Shown: in pieces, positions 38,632-48,299 of the stretch | How the letters are laid out: each line of letters begins with the position of its first letter | Position numbering within the stretch: the stretch's first letter is position 1 | Assembly: GCA_964503465.1 (NCBI GenBank) | Contig: CAZCYZ010000002.1 | Span: forward strand, 70,995 to 134,994 | Length of the DNA stretch: 64,000 nt | Direction: 5' to 3' | Source: an uncultured Gammaproteobacteria bacterium | Lineage (GTDB): Bacteria; Patescibacteriota; Microgenomatia; UBA12405 | Made by a program: the position numbers and the translations under genes | The notes under the pieces: generated by a model | What the model saw: only the letters and a program-made list of their open reading frames with translations | Database searches by the model: none | What the model was told of the DNA's origin: nothing

Positions 38632-39138
38632 ATGAATAAGATGAGAAGGGGTTTTACATTAATTGAGTTGTTGGTGGTGATTGCGATTATGTCAATATTG
38701 ACGGTAATAACAGTGTCGCAGTTTCAAAATGCGAGGAAAAAAGCTCGGGATGTGGCCAGAAAGGGTGATCTTAATGCGGTGTCCAAGGCAATTATGATGT
38801 ATTACAACGACTATAGCCAGTTGCCAGCGGCGACCACTGATGGACGATTAGAAATTGGTGGTGAAGTAGTTGAATGGGGTGGGGGTGAGTTTAAAGATGC
38901 GACTGGTTATGTATATTTAAAGATGATGCCCAGGGAGAATAGTTCTGGCTTACCAGAATATTGTTATCGGGTGTCGACGGATGGGACGAAGTTTGCCTTA
39001 TTGTCGGTACTGGAAAATAGTGAGGATAGTGAATATAACAAGTTTGATGCGGCTGGTTATTCTGGTTGTGGGGAGAATTACAATTATGTTTATTTTAGTC
39101 CGAACGCCGGTTGGTCCGATTTTATTGAAATTAACTAA
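38632..39138 (+). CDS. Type IV pilin-like protein.
   Basis: RGFTLIELLVVIAIMSIL prepilin leader. Confidence 0.75.
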   Translation: MNKMRRGFTLIELLVVIAIMSILTVITVSQFQNARKKARDVARKGDLNAVSKAIMMYYNDYSQLPAATTDGRLEIGGEVVEWGGGEFKDATGYVYLKMMPRENSSGLPEYCYRVSTDGTKFALLSVLENSEDSEYNKFDAAGYSGCGENYNYVYFSPNAGWSDFIEIN

Positions 39139-39548
39139 TGAAAACTAAAGGCTTCACTTTAATTGAGTTGTTGGTAGCGATATCGATTATCGGGGTATTG
39201 ACGGCAATAGTGTTACCAAATCTGATGGGGGCTCGAGAGAGGGCTCGAGATGCCAAAAAAATTGAGGAACTAAATACGATGAAAAACGCTTTGCGGCTGT
39301 ATTACAATGATAATCAGGTTTATCCTACTGGAACTGGGGTAACGTTGAATGTGACTGGGATGAGTGCTTATATGCCAGGATTGGCGGGAATAGGATACAC
39401 CTATAGCTACACTCAAAGCACTGGGGGTGAGGGTTTTACTTTGTCGGTAGGATTGGAGTCGGGGATGGGAGATGAGGATATTGAATCTCAGGCGCGGTGT
39501 GGGATTGGGGCAACTCAAAATAAGGTTTACGCAGTTTGTGCCAATTAG
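39138..39548 (+). CDS. Type IV pilin-like protein.
   Basis: KGFTLIELLVAISIIGVL prepilin leader. Confidence 0.75.
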   Translation: MKTKGFTLIELLVAISIIGVLTAIVLPNLMGARERARDAKKIEELNTMKNALRLYYNDNQVYPTGTGVTLNVTGMSAYMPGLAGIGYTYSYTQSTGGEGFTLSVGLESGMGDEDIESQARCGIGATQNKVYAVCAN

Positions 39549-39583
39549 CAGAGGATTGATTTATGAATTATGATATATAAAGT

Positions 39584-40000
39584 ATGAATAAAAAAACAAA
39601 TGATGGATTTACTTTGTTTGAGCTGTTGGTAAGTATTTCGATTATCGGGATTTTGACGGCTTTGGCAATAATGTCGTTTAGTGCGGCTCAAAAAAAAGCT
39701 CGCGATGCAAGAAGGATTGAAGATATGACAACAGTACAGAAGGCGGCGGAGCAGTATTATGCTCAAAATGATTATGTGTATCCAGCCAATACCGCTCCGT
39801 GGACGGGGATATTGGATGCTTTTCCGATTGATCCCAAAGGTACTGGTTGGACTGGTTATCGCTACTATTTAGGGACGGGAACAACGTATTGTGCTTGTGC
39901 GGCACTAGAAAATCGATCCAATGGTAATTCAACTAATAATGGTTGTGCTTTTGGTACCGGCACTACCGGACCTTTTTATTGTGTCAGGAGTCAACAGTAA
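39584..40000 (+). CDS. Type IV pilin-like protein.
   Basis: DGFTLFELLVSISIIGIL prepilin leader. Confidence 0.75.
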   Translation: MNKKTNDGFTLFELLVSISIIGILTALAIMSFSAAQKKARDARRIEDMTTVQKAAEQYYAQNDYVYPANTAPWTGILDAFPIDPKGTGWTGYRYYLGTGTTYCACAALENRSNGNSTNNGCAFGTGTTGPFYCVRSQQ

Positions 40001-40018
40001 TTTATTTATCGATTATGA

Positions 40019-40450
40019 GTGATCAGTAAAATGAAGGATGGTTTTACGTTAGTTGAGCTAATCGTTACGGTGACAATTATCATGTTGGTTACGGCGGCAG
40101 TGGCGATGAGTTTTACCGGAACTAATAATAAAGCCAGAGACGGAAGGCGGATGACAGATATCGAAAGAATTAGAACAGCCCTGGAGTTATATCGACAGCA
40201 AAATGGTTATTATCCCCTATTGGATACCGGGGGAACAGCGGCAGTTATTCCAAGTTATCTGCAGAGTTGGCCTAGTGATCCGAAGTTTTACCGCTATGTT
40301 TATGACGTTGGGACTTCGTATACCTACTATCTTTATGGCTATATGGAGAATGTGGGAACGACCACTGGATCTTACGCTGGAACGGATTGTTGCAGTGGTA
40401 CTGGTTGTACTTCGCCGTTATTGTGCAATTATCGAACAACTAATCCGTAG
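40019..40450 (+). CDS. Type IV pilin-like protein.
   Basis: DGFTLVELIVTVTIIMLV prepilin leader. Confidence 0.75.
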   Translation: MISKMKDGFTLVELIVTVTIIMLVTAAVAMSFTGTNNKARDGRRMTDIERIRTALELYRQQNGYYPLLDTGGTAAVIPSYLQSWPSDPKFYRYVYDVGTSYTYYLYGYMENVGTTTGSYAGTDCCSGTGCTSPLLCNYRTTNP

Positions 40451-40484
40451 CAAGATTAAAGTTTTATTTAGTTCAAAATTTTTT

Positions 40485-40997
40485 GTGAAAGTAAAAGGTT
40501 TTACTCTAATAGAATTATTGATAGTGATAACTATGATGTTGTTGGTAACTGGGGGGACGATTGTTTTTGTAAATCGGTCAAATTCGGAGCAAAAAATTGC
40601 GGCAACCAAAAATGAACTTATTGGTAATTTGAGAATGGCACGAAATTATGCTCGGACGTTGCAGGTACCATCGGGGTATGTTGGGAACTTGGAGTATGTG
40701 GTTGTAAGCTTGAACACCTCGGGGCAAATCGTAGTCTACCCCAATCCTTGGGATACTGAAGGAGTAAGGTATATAGAAACCGATATTTCTCCATCAGGAG
40801 TGGGGACGAGTATGTATCCCAATCAGTTGTTTTTTGCAGCTTATGAGGGGAAACTGTTGAAGGTTGAAGATGGCAGGGTAGTTCCAAGAGGGTCGGATGA
40901 AATGGTGACTATTGTTATTAGTTCAACTGAAGGTGTTGGAAATACCGAATCAATCATAATTAATTCGGTAGGGTTGTTGGGGGGGGGTCAAAAGTGA
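40485..40997 (+). CDS. Pilin-like (minor pilin) protein.
   Basis: The track ORF 40203..40997 is an upstream read-through. The plausible GTG start gives (M)KVKGFTLIELLIVITMML, a prepilin leader. Confidence 0.6.
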   Translation: MKVKGFTLIELLIVITMMLLVTGGTIVFVNRSNSEQKIAATKNELIGNLRMARNYARTLQVPSGYVGNLEYVVVSLNTSGQIVVYPNPWDTEGVRYIETDISPSGVGTSMYPNQLFFAAYEGKLLKVEDGRVVPRGSDEMVTIVISSTEGVGNTESIIINSVGLLGGGQK

Positions 40998-41401
40998 TGG
41001 GTTGGAGAATTAGAGGGCAAAGTTTGGTGGAGGTGGTCTTTGCGATTGCAATTATTGCTTTGACGTTGACGGGAGTAGCCGTATTGATGGTTTATAACTT
41101 ATCGGCGAGAACAAAGAGTTTTGACCGAAAAAAAGCAGCTGAACTAGGGGAAAAGATAATGGAGCAGTTAGTTAAGGATGAAAGGGATACTCCGTTGAAT
41201 TTTTGGCAGTTAGTGAGCGTTAGTTCCTCAACTGATCCCGACTTTGGTGGATATGTATACTCAATAGGATTTACTAATGTGGTTAATGGTACTAGTTGTG
41301 GGGTAGGAATAACTGATTGTGCTCAGGTAAATGTTCGAGTGGGTTGGAGTGGGACTAGTAATCAGAGCTTGGAGTTTAATAGATTTTTTTCAAGAAAGTG
41401 A
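40994..41401 (+). CDS. Minor pilin-like protein.
   Basis: GQSLVEVVFAIAIIALTL leader (G-1, E+5). Confidence 0.6.
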   Translation: MMGWRIRGQSLVEVVFAIAIIALTLTGVAVLMVYNLSARTKSFDRKKAAELGEKIMEQLVKDERDTPLNFWQLVSVSSSTDPDFGGYVYSIGFTNVVNGTSCGVGITDCAQVNVRVGWSGTSNQSLEFNRFFSRK

Positions 41402-41904
41402 TGAAGAGGGGCTTTACTTTGATTGAGGTGGTAGTGGTGGTGGGGGTGATTGGGGTATTAATGACGGCAACGGTGTATGTACTGTCGGGAACGTTTCAGG
41501 GGAAGACTCGAGTAGAAATGGCTGACAATGTCGAGCGAAACGGAAGCTTGATTTTGGATGAGTTACGTAGACTTGGGGTGGGGGCGTTGGGAAGCGGGAT
41601 TACGTGCCCAGCTGGTGGGGTGGGGTCGTCGGCAACGTTGGTGAGTGCCAGTGATGGTGGGGTAACCATAATTAGTTGTGTTGATGGGGATAAAATTGCT
41701 TCGGCATCGGCTAATGGGGAGATGAATTTTTTGGGTAGCGGCATACGAGTGTCGGGGTGCAATACTTTTATCAGTTGTGATACGGTCCCGAATGTGGGGG
41801 TGTCGGCTCTAAACTATGATTTTAATCTGCAGCTGGGTAATAGTAGTTACGGCGGGGGGTTGGTGAATAGGAACTTTCGATCGAGGGTGGTGGTAAGGAA
41901 TTAA
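41398..41904 (+). CDS. Minor pilin-like protein.
   Basis: RGFTLIEVVVVVGVIGVL leader. Confidence 0.7.
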   Translation: MMKRGFTLIEVVVVVGVIGVLMTATVYVLSGTFQGKTRVEMADNVERNGSLILDELRRLGVGALGSGITCPAGGVGSSATLVSASDGGVTIISCVDGDKIASASANGEMNFLGSGIRVSGCNTFISCDTVPNVGVSALNYDFNLQLGNSSYGGGLVNRNFRSRVVVRN

Positions 41905-41912
41905 AGTAACGG

Positions 41913-42212
41913 TTATTTAACAGGGGTGATTTTGTTGACGTAGAGTTTGGTGCCAGAGTAGACACCTTCGACTTTGACTGTTTGTTTCATGAAATTGATT
42001 GGTTTTGCCTTGCCTTCGATTAGGGTAATTAGTCCGGAATCAGTTTCAAGCAGATATTCTTTGCCAATTTTGGTTTTGAGAAAACCCGTTTGGATGATGA
42101 CTTCGTTATTTGTTTTGCCTGATTGTCGTTTGATTTTGAGGAAGGTGTAACCACCAAGAGCGATGGATGTTAATAAGACAAGGGTGATGACAATTGGTAT
42201 TAACCTTTTCAT
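41913..42212 (-). CDS. Small membrane-anchored protein, hypothetical.
   Basis: N-terminal TM helix MKRLIPIVITLVLLTSIAL. Confidence 0.4.
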   Translation of the reverse strand: MKRLIPIVITLVLLTSIALGGYTFLKIKRQSGKTNNEVIIQTGFLKTKIGKEYLLETDSGLITLIEGKAKPINFMKQTVKVEGVYSGTKLYVNKITPVK

Positions 42213-42398
42213 ATTTTAGTGTAACATGGGTGTTTTTGGCTAGTCCTATAGTTTGGTGATATGTGTTTTTGAGGTTGTTATAGTTGGGTGGTAAAAGATG
42301 GTTTTTTGATATGAAATGATATAGATTTGGAAGGTTGTAATTTGGCCTTGGTTACTAAATTAGTCTTACGTATGTAGTATGTATTATTTATTATAGGC

Positions 42399-42426
42399 TT
42401 GACATCAAAGAAAATTATGGTAAGAT
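42399..42426 (+). promoter_or_regulatory. Sigma70-like promoter: TTGACA, 16 nt, TAAGAT. It sits about 30 nt upstream of the 42455 ATG.
   Basis: Perfect -35 hexamer seen directly. The -10 match is 4/6. Confidence 0.3.
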
Positions 42427-42454
42427 TAACGTATATTAGTAAGTAATTTAACTT

Positions 42455-43462
42455 ATGACAAAACGAACTGTTGAGGCAGGTTCAGAACGTCCGATTGAGT
42501 CAAAAAAGGTGATTTCAAGTCGGAGAGATTTCTTGAAGATGGCGGGTTTGGGTGGGGTAGGCTTGTGGTTTGCGCTACAAGAAACTGTTCATGTTGCTCT
42601 TGCCGCTGATGCTTTGTTGACAAGGATGTCTGAAGTAGATAAAAACAGAATGCTGGAGAATGGTGATCTTCCCCCTATTACTCCCGAAATGCTAATGATT
42701 TTAGGGGGTAATTTTAGTATGGTAGGTGATGATGAAAGGACGCAAATTGTAAAAACTATTTTTGGACACCGAGAGGAGGTTTATGAGGCTCGTAATAGGG
42801 GGGTATCTTGGCAAGGTTTGGAACTATTGCCCCTGGCCAAGTCGAAGAGGGGTGGTGAGCTAATATCTAATGTTGATTTGTCGGCTAGGACTGGAGATTT
42901 GAGTAGCTATAACGCGACGAAATCGTGGTATGTTTTAGAGAGTGGTGGGTGGTTAGTTACGAGAGTGACGTTTTTGGGGAAAGTTACTCTGCCGTTGGTT
43001 TGTAGAGGTAAGACAGTAGGAGAGTCTACGGTGGCTGGTTTTACTCGAGAGAGGGGGAAAGTGTTGTGGGGTGTTGTTGGTTGTGATATATTTGGAGTAG
43101 ATGTTGGCTCTAAATATGTGGGCAGTGATGGTGCCATTGGTGGCCTAGACGTAGAAGCGTTGCGAACAGGAAAAGAGTATCTTGTAGATCTTCACCGTGG
43201 GGATCCACTGGACGGGAATGAGAATTTGGGTGGAGCTCATGAAATATTAGATTTTTATACGCCAAAAGATTCTTCGAATACGGCAAGGCAGATTAGGAGA
43301 GATACTTTGTTTGGGATGCTGGTCCCAAGTGCTTTACAAGAAGGGCTTGGAAGTGACTATACGGTTGTTGATGTCGCACGGGGAAAGATTGACAACAGAA
43401 GAGCATTACACGTAAAACATGTGCTAGAAGTGGATAATCCTCATGTGACAGCTAGTCAGTAA
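42455..43462 (+). CDS. Secreted protein with a twin-arginine (Tat) signal, hypothetical.
   Basis: SRRDFLKMAGLGGVGLWFAL matches the S/T-RRxFLK Tat consensus plus an h-region. Confidence 0.5.
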   Translation: MTKRTVEAGSERPIESKKVISSRRDFLKMAGLGGVGLWFALQETVHVALAADALLTRMSEVDKNRMLENGDLPPITPEMLMILGGNFSMVGDDERTQIVKTIFGHREEVYEARNRGVSWQGLELLPLAKSKRGGELISNVDLSARTGDLSSYNATKSWYVLESGGWLVTRVTFLGKVTLPLVCRGKTVGESTVAGFTRERGKVLWGVVGCDIFGVDVGSKYVGSDGAIGGLDVEALRTGKEYLVDLHRGDPLDGNENLGGAHEILDFYTPKDSSNTARQIRRDTLFGMLVPSALQEGLGSDYTVVDVARGKIDNRRALHVKHVLEVDNPHVTASQ

Positions 43463-43502
43463 AGGTTTGAGTGCGTAAATGATTTGTTTTTTAGGATGGT
43501 AA

Positions 43503-46500
43503 TTGGTAGAGTATTTTGTGGATATTGTGAGATTGTGGGCTAAGAACTTGGGAATTGTTATTGGAGTGTTGTTGGTGTTGTTTTTTGACCCGAGAATTGT
43601 ATATGGGGGGCCACCGGCTAATGCATGTTATTGTAATTGGCAGAGTTGTGTATATCATCGGTACTATACTCAGTGTAATGGGATAACTACACCTTGTGGT
43701 GCGTTGCCTGGAGTTTGTCCTGATTATAGTGTGTACTCTTGTACTTATGGTAACCCAAATGGTTTTTGTACTGCCAGTAGCACGTGTACAAACGAGCTGG
43801 ATGGTACTTCAATTCCGTGTTCCGCGTGTAATGAGGGTTATGGCGATCTTGACCATGTTTCGTGTAATACTGATCCATATAATTGTGTAGCTTCTTGTGG
43901 GGCTGGATTGACCCCACCACCAGGTAATGAATGCTATGGGTGGCATGAAGGTTCTTGTGGTGGCGCGGGGTGTTCTGCTAATCAGAGATATCAAAGTAGA
44001 TATTGCACTGCTACTGGGTGGGAGACGGAATGTCATTCTCCCGATCCCACAATTGGATGTTTGTGTACTAGTGGGGATAACCCGAACGGTTTGAGTGCGG
44101 AGTATTTTGACTATCCCGAACAGGATAGTGATATTCGATACTGGACATATGGCGCTATTGAGAGAACTAGGTACGATTCTAGTATTAACTTTGATTGGCA
44201 GTGGTATGCGCCGGATGTAGGTGATACTAGTGGAGCACAAGTTGATCAACATCGGTTTATGGCCAGATGGAGCGGGTATATTACTGTCCCAAGTACTGGA
44301 ACTTGGACTTTTACAGCCAAGACTGATAATGTAGCCAAAGTAACAATTGATAGTTCTACAGTTATCAATACCTGGGGATTACCAGATGCAACTAGTGAAG
44401 TTGGTGATACTGGTTTGGTGGTAGCCCAGATTCATGTTGATTTTGATGGGCCAACAAATGGTTATACTTGGGTAAGGGATCATGATTTTGCTGACCAGGC
44501 GGTGGCAACGATAAATGACAATTGGGAACGGAGAAATTATATTTGCCAATGTGTTGGGTGTGCTGAAGATCCTGGTGATGACCAATACTATTGTACTGCA
44601 GCGCAGGGGTGTGACAATGGTTGTGGTTATGCTCAGCCACCGGGGTATGTGGCGTTTACGAATTTGAGCGGGTCAAATATGTTTTCAGTAGCGATACCGG
44701 ACTATGGTGGGGTGGAATATATGTTACATCATGTGGATATGGTTCGGTGTGATCCCGATTGGACTAATTGTGCCACTACTTATTATTATGCCAGTGGAGG
44801 TGTTGGTGCCAAGAATTCATACCTGTTGGATTTTGGAACTGGTGGTGCTGATCCATGGAAGGTGTATTCAATGGAGTTCTTCTTTGAGCCACTATTACCT
44901 GGTTATGTTCCTAACCGTGGGGAAACAATATCTGGGACGCCAATAAGTTTGTCAGCTGGGTCACATCCAATTAGTATTGAGTACAGTGATCTGAAGAAAT
45001 GTATTAGCGGGGATCCGTGTGATAGTTGGGTAAAAAGTGAGGCGGTTTTGGGGCTCTACTACTCTGGTCCATCAACAGCATATCAGTTGGTACCGTCGGC
45101 CAATTTGACAGCTTGTGAGTGTACCAGCGATTGTTCTGCTGGTAACTGCGGCCAGTCGGATGGCTGTGGGGTGGGGGTGTGTGGAACCGGGGACACTGGA
45201 TCTCCGAGTCAGCCGACGTGTAACAATTTGGGGACAGTTTATGTGGGAACGACCACGATTGGTTGGAGTCCTGATACTACAGGTTTGGCTGATATTTATC
45301 AATATCAGGTTGATAGCGGGGCAGTGTCGGAAACTAGTGTTGGAATAACTAATGCTAGTATTAGTTATTCGTCTGGGGTGCATACATATAAAGCACGATC
45401 AAGCAATGATACCTGTGAGAGTATTGGGGTGGGAAGGACATATGCTAGTAGCTGGTCGAGTAGTTGTAGTTTTTGCTATGAGACGTCAAGTTGTAGTGTG
45501 GAGTGTGGTCAGGATATTGATTGTAGTACTTGTGCCTCGACTGATGCGATTACTCCGGGAGTGGTGACAATTGCGGCACCGCGTGGATCAACATCGGCAC
45601 CAACACCTTACACTACCCCAACAATAGCAGTGCAATGGAATACTGATGAACTTAATCACACTACGGCGACTGACCATTATAATTATTCGATTTATAGAAC
45701 AGATACTTCGGTGGGTTACACTGGGTTAACAGCCAATAATAGTGTTTCGAGTGTTGGGGTGACGATGGGGGTAGGGACAACTGGAGTGATTTATAGATGG
45801 CGAGTTAGAGGAGTCAATGATAGTTGTTCGGGATACACGGCGGGGATAACTTATGGTGGGTGGTCGAGTTATGGTTATTACTGTTGGGAGGGGGAATTGT
45901 GCAACTTGGAATGTGGTCAAGATCGAACATGTGCCAACAATGGCAGTTGCTCCTCGGTGGATGCGATTACTCCTGGGCCAATGGGTATAAACTCTCCAAT
46001 TGGGACGACAAATGTGCCAATTACCTACACCACTCCATCGGTTAATTTGTCTTGGGGAATTACCGAAACCAATCATGCCGATACTGATTATTACCGGTAT
46101 GAATCGTATCGAACCAGTAATGGAGTTGGTTTTAGTGGTAATACGGCCAATAATACAGTTTCGAGTGTTGGGGTGACAATGGGAGTAGGGGCAACTGGGG
46201 TAACTTATAGGTGGCGGGTTAGGGCGGAAAATAATACCTGTTATGGTTATCCAGCTGGAGCGACTGTGGGAAGCTGGTCGAGTTATGGTTATTACTGTTG
46301 GGAGGGGGAATTGTGTGTGCCAGGGAATCAGTGTGGTCAAACAAAGGATTGTGCCGGTAACGGTTCGTGTACCAATGTGGATGGTGGGGTTCCAGAACAG
46401 GTAACAATCGTCTCCCCTATTGGACCGAGTATTGGCGATCCGACGGTCTACAATGATGTATCGACCCTGACTTTACAATGGCAGAATACTGAGGTAGGTC

Positions 46501-48299
46501 ATACCTATACTGATTATTATAACTATCAGGTAATAAAAGTTGGTGGGAGCAATCCTAGCAATGTTGGGACAACTTTTTATGGGGTGGGGAGTACGGTGGC
46601 TAGAACGGCGGTAAGTGTGGGAATTAGTGGAACCAGGGGGGATATTTATGAATGGAAGGTTCGGGCAATGAATGTAAATTGTCCGCCGACTGATTATGGA
46701 CCTGATTCGGATTTGGGATTTTTTGTGTTGAATCGAACTCCAACTACCCCTGCTTTTACTATTCTAATGAGTAGTGGGGCGACAGTGCCGGCGGAAGCAT
46801 ATGGGGTGGGACAGTCGGGTAATCATATTTGTGATACGAGGTTTGCTTCTCGTCAATTAAGATTTGTAGTTGATGCTTATGATTTGGATGGTGGGGATAC
46901 TATCAATGAGGTCGAATTAAAGTTTGGTGCAACTGGTTGGATAAGAGGTGTGGGATTAACCGGGGCGACTCCAATTTGGGAAAATAGTGGCGGCGGATTG
47001 TCGTTTTATAATACCCCCTCAACTTCAGTTGCTGGCACTAGAAGAAGAGTAATTTTTCCAGTAGAAATGTCAACTGATTTTCCAATTGGGATATATGATT
47101 TGGTAATTGACACGGTTGATATGTGGGGACGAGCCAGAGACAATGTCGATACTAATCGGGATTTTAAAAATTGGGATTGTCAGGTGCCAATAGTTGGAAA
47201 TTTGTACGACTCTTCGTCGACTAATGGGCCAGTGTGTCCGACGACGGGATATGATAATTTGTATATTGGAACCTCGTTTACTTCGTTGGTTTTTGATGGG
47301 CCGGGATCGGACAATCCAGCTATGAATGTGACGGTACCCAATAGTTTTGCTTCTGGAGGAACATTGACTTGGGGGGCTAATTATATACCGACCTTTAATG
47401 CTGATTTGGATATGACTGATCCGATAAATGGGCAACGGGCAATTGATTTGGGGAACCTGGGGAATGGAGCCACTAGTTGCCCTGGGGGAATGTTGACAGT
47501 CAATAATACTACTTTGTCAGCGTATAGTGACAATCCGTCACTACGAGTAGATTTTTCAGGAATCCAGGATCAAGAACCGTGGTATCAGGCAGTGGGTGGT
47601 GGAATAAGAGCTAAGACCAGAGTAATTTGCAATGTTCCTCCGACTTGTGAATTTAACCCTTCGTGCCGACCGGGAATGTCGATTGATTCGACGGTATTAT
47701 CGGTTGGAGAATCAGATAACAGTTTGGTGTCAGCGGTGGCAATTGATGATAGTAATGGCTGTGATTTCTTGGACGGAAGTTGCCGCTATGGTATTCCGAA
47801 TAACTGGTATTTAAGCGGTGTTGATGGCGACATATGGGGTGAAAATTACACATATAAATCTTTATATGATAAGTACTTTGGTGGATTAGGGTTGGGGATT
47901 ACCTATCCGGCTGGGACAGCAATGAGTAATATTGGTGCGACCGGGGTGGTGTTTGTTGATGGAGATTTTAATGTTGATGTGAATAATTCTTTGACTAATA
48001 GTCAGTTTTTGATGATAGTAGTTCGGGGTGAGGTGGTGATTGATGAGGCGGTAACGACATCGGCTGGTATTTTTGTAGCTGATGGAGGAATAAGGGTTGA
48101 GGGAACGTCAAATAATCAGTTGACAATAGATGGAATGTTATATTCGGCAATAACGGATATTAATTTGACCCGTGGTTACTCGGATAAGCAAAGTAATAAT
48201 ACTAGCCCGGCAGTGATAATTAATTACAAGCCGAGTTTGATATTTAATATGCCGGTAGATTTAGTTAAAGTATTATCTGGATGGAGAGAGGGAAATTAA
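43503..48299 (+). CDS. Giant (1598 aa) Cys-rich surface protein with a PA14 domain and tandem ~140-aa repeats. Putative pilus-associated adhesin.
   Basis: N-terminal signal anchor. A PA14-like segment GLSAEYFDYPEQDS...DQHRFMARWSGYITVPSTGTWTFTAKTDNVAKVTIDSSTVINTWG. Three or four tandem repeats ending ...VSSVGVTMGVG.TGV.YRWRVR...SWSSYGYYCWEGELC. Embedded between the minor pilins and pilX/M/N/O. Confidence 0.7.
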   Translation: MVEYFVDIVRLWAKNLGIVIGVLLVLFFDPRIVYGGPPANACYCNWQSCVYHRYYTQCNGITTPCGALPGVCPDYSVYSCTYGNPNGFCTASSTCTNELDGTSIPCSACNEGYGDLDHVSCNTDPYNCVASCGAGLTPPPGNECYGWHEGSCGGAGCSANQRYQSRYCTATGWETECHSPDPTIGCLCTSGDNPNGLSAEYFDYPEQDSDIRYWTYGAIERTRYDSSINFDWQWYAPDVGDTSGAQVDQHRFMARWSGYITVPSTGTWTFTAKTDNVAKVTIDSSTVINTWGLPDATSEVGDTGLVVAQIHVDFDGPTNGYTWVRDHDFADQAVATINDNWERRNYICQCVGCAEDPGDDQYYCTAAQGCDNGCGYAQPPGYVAFTNLSGSNMFSVAIPDYGGVEYMLHHVDMVRCDPDWTNCATTYYYASGGVGAKNSYLLDFGTGGADPWKVYSMEFFFEPLLPGYVPNRGETISGTPISLSAGSHPISIEYSDLKKCISGDPCDSWVKSEAVLGLYYSGPSTAYQLVPSANLTACECTSDCSAGNCGQSDGCGVGVCGTGDTGSPSQPTCNNLGTVYVGTTTIGWSPDTTGLADIYQYQVDSGAVSETSVGITNASISYSSGVHTYKARSSNDTCESIGVGRTYASSWSSSCSFCYETSSCSVECGQDIDCSTCASTDAITPGVVTIAAPRGSTSAPTPYTTPTIAVQWNTDELNHTTATDHYNYSIYRTDTSVGYTGLTANNSVSSVGVTMGVGTTGVIYRWRVRGVNDSCSGYTAGITYGGWSSYGYYCWEGELCNLECGQDRTCANNGSCSSVDAITPGPMGINSPIGTTNVPITYTTPSVNLSWGITETNHADTDYYRYESYRTSNGVGFSGNTANNTVSSVGVTMGVGATGVTYRWRVRAENNTCYGYPAGATVGSWSSYGYYCWEGELCVPGNQCGQTKDCAGNGSCTNVDGGVPEQVTIVSPIGPSIGDPTVYNDVSTLTLQWQNTEVGHTYTDYYNYQVIKVGGSNPSNVGTTFYGVGSTVARTAVSVGISGTRGDIYEWKVRAMNVNCPPTDYGPDSDLGFFVLNRTPTTPAFTILMSSGATVPAEAYGVGQSGNHICDTRFASRQLRFVVDAYDLDGGDTINEVELKFGATGWIRGVGLTGATPIWENSGGGLSFYNTPSTSVAGTRRRVIFPVEMSTDFPIGIYDLVIDTVDMWGRARDNVDTNRDFKNWDCQVPIVGNLYDSSSTNGPVCPTTGYDNLYIGTSFTSLVFDGPGSDNPAMNVTVPNSFASGGTLTWGANYIPTFNADLDMTDPINGQRAIDLGNLGNGATSCPGGMLTVNNTTLSAYSDNPSLRVDFSGIQDQEPWYQAVGGGIRAKTRVICNVPPTCEFNPSCRPGMSIDSTVLSVGESDNSLVSAVAIDDSNGCDFLDGSCRYGIPNNWYLSGVDGDIWGENYTYKSLYDKYFGGLGLGITYPAGTAMSNIGATGVVFVDGDFNVDVNNSLTNSQFLMIVVRGEVVIDEAVTTSAGIFVADGGIRVEGTSNNQLTIDGMLYSAITDINLTRGYSDKQSNNTSPAVIINYKPSLIFNMPVDLVKVLSGWREGN
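45440..46330 (+). repeat. Intragenic tandem repeats of about 420 bp (period about 140 aa), roughly 80% identical, inside the giant protein.
   Basis: For example ttcgagtgttggggtgac[ga]atggg[ga]gtaggg[ga]caactgg[ag]gt[ga]a[ct]ttatag[ag]tggcg[ag]gttag[ag]g at about 45740 and about 46160, both ending ...ggtcgagttatggttattactgttgggagggggaattgtg. Confidence 0.75.
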
